From NCBI GenBank assembly GCA_947478395.1, contig CANJVR010000003.1, forward strand, positions 64,001-128,000: a stretch of 64,000 nucleotides of DNA. The letters are read 5' to 3'. The notes under the pieces are model-generated. The model was not told where the DNA came from. It did no database searches and saw only the letters and a program-made list of their open reading frames with translations. Positions 63,800-64,000 of this stretch are shown piece after piece. Within the stretch, counting starts at the first letter, position 1. Each line of letters begins with the position of its first letter. The translations under genes were made by a program, and so were the position numbers. Origin of the DNA: Opitutia bacterium (lineage in GTDB: Bacteria; Verrucomicrobiota; Verrucomicrobiia; Opitutales; Opitutaceae).

Positions 63800-64000
63800 T
63801 TATTTTTTCGGCGTTGCCATCGCGGCTTTCAGATTCGTCGCAAGGGCCATCGCGGAGCCGCGGCCCCAGTAGTGCAGAAAGAGAATCCGCGGATTCTCAC
63901 TCGTCATGTGACTGTGAATCGCGACGACATTAATACCGGCCGCCGTGAGCGCTTTGAGCGCGGGCTGTAGCTCGGTTTCCGCCACGGCAAAATCGCCATC
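63800..64000 (-). CDS. DUF1259 (LppY/LpqO-like) domain protein, C-terminal part (runs off the window edge)
   Basis: DGDFAVAETELQPALKAL..AGINVVAIHSHM..ENPRILFLHYWGRG. Confidence 0.85.
   Translation of the reverse strand, partial: DGDFAVAETELQPALKALTAAGINVVAIHSHMTSENPRILFLHYWGRGSAMALATNLKAAMATPKK

Noticed and set aside
1..64000. CRISPR arrays, integrases, transposases, prophage or defence systems
   Set aside because: No regularly spaced repeat-spacer array or recognisable motif for these was seen

Overview
GC-rich bacterial chromosomal window, most consistent with Opitutaceae (Verrucomicrobiota). The evidence is the rplM-rpsI...argC gene order, Opitutus-type TonB-dependent receptors (TBDRs) and LacI, the DUF5069 and DUF1552/DUF1592 genes, and SD-less C/A-rich leaders. 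About 50 CDSs were called from recognised motifs without database searches. Housekeeping genes include rplM, rpsI, cca, yggS, aroE, pilD, galK, HU, ygfZ, DAHP synthase and mdh. Accessory genes include three TBDRs, an S9 peptidase, XdhC/MocA and GH20/GH43 hydrolases. No rRNA, tRNA, CRISPR array or transposase was seen. Main observations: (1) a lipase-maturation-factor (LMF) protein fused to Sel1 repeats next to a TMTC-like GT-C/TPR protein, a bacterial pairing of families known from the eukaryotic ER; (2) several families of palindromic REP-like elements, some inserted in-frame inside genes, plus a three-copy MITE-like element whose termini supply stop codons; (3) a 16-nt poly-C/G tract and structured leaders upstream of tandem TBDR paralogues; (4) a candidate ~95-nt sRNA or attenuator before DAHP synthase; (5) decayed S9-peptidase and histidine-kinase fragments.
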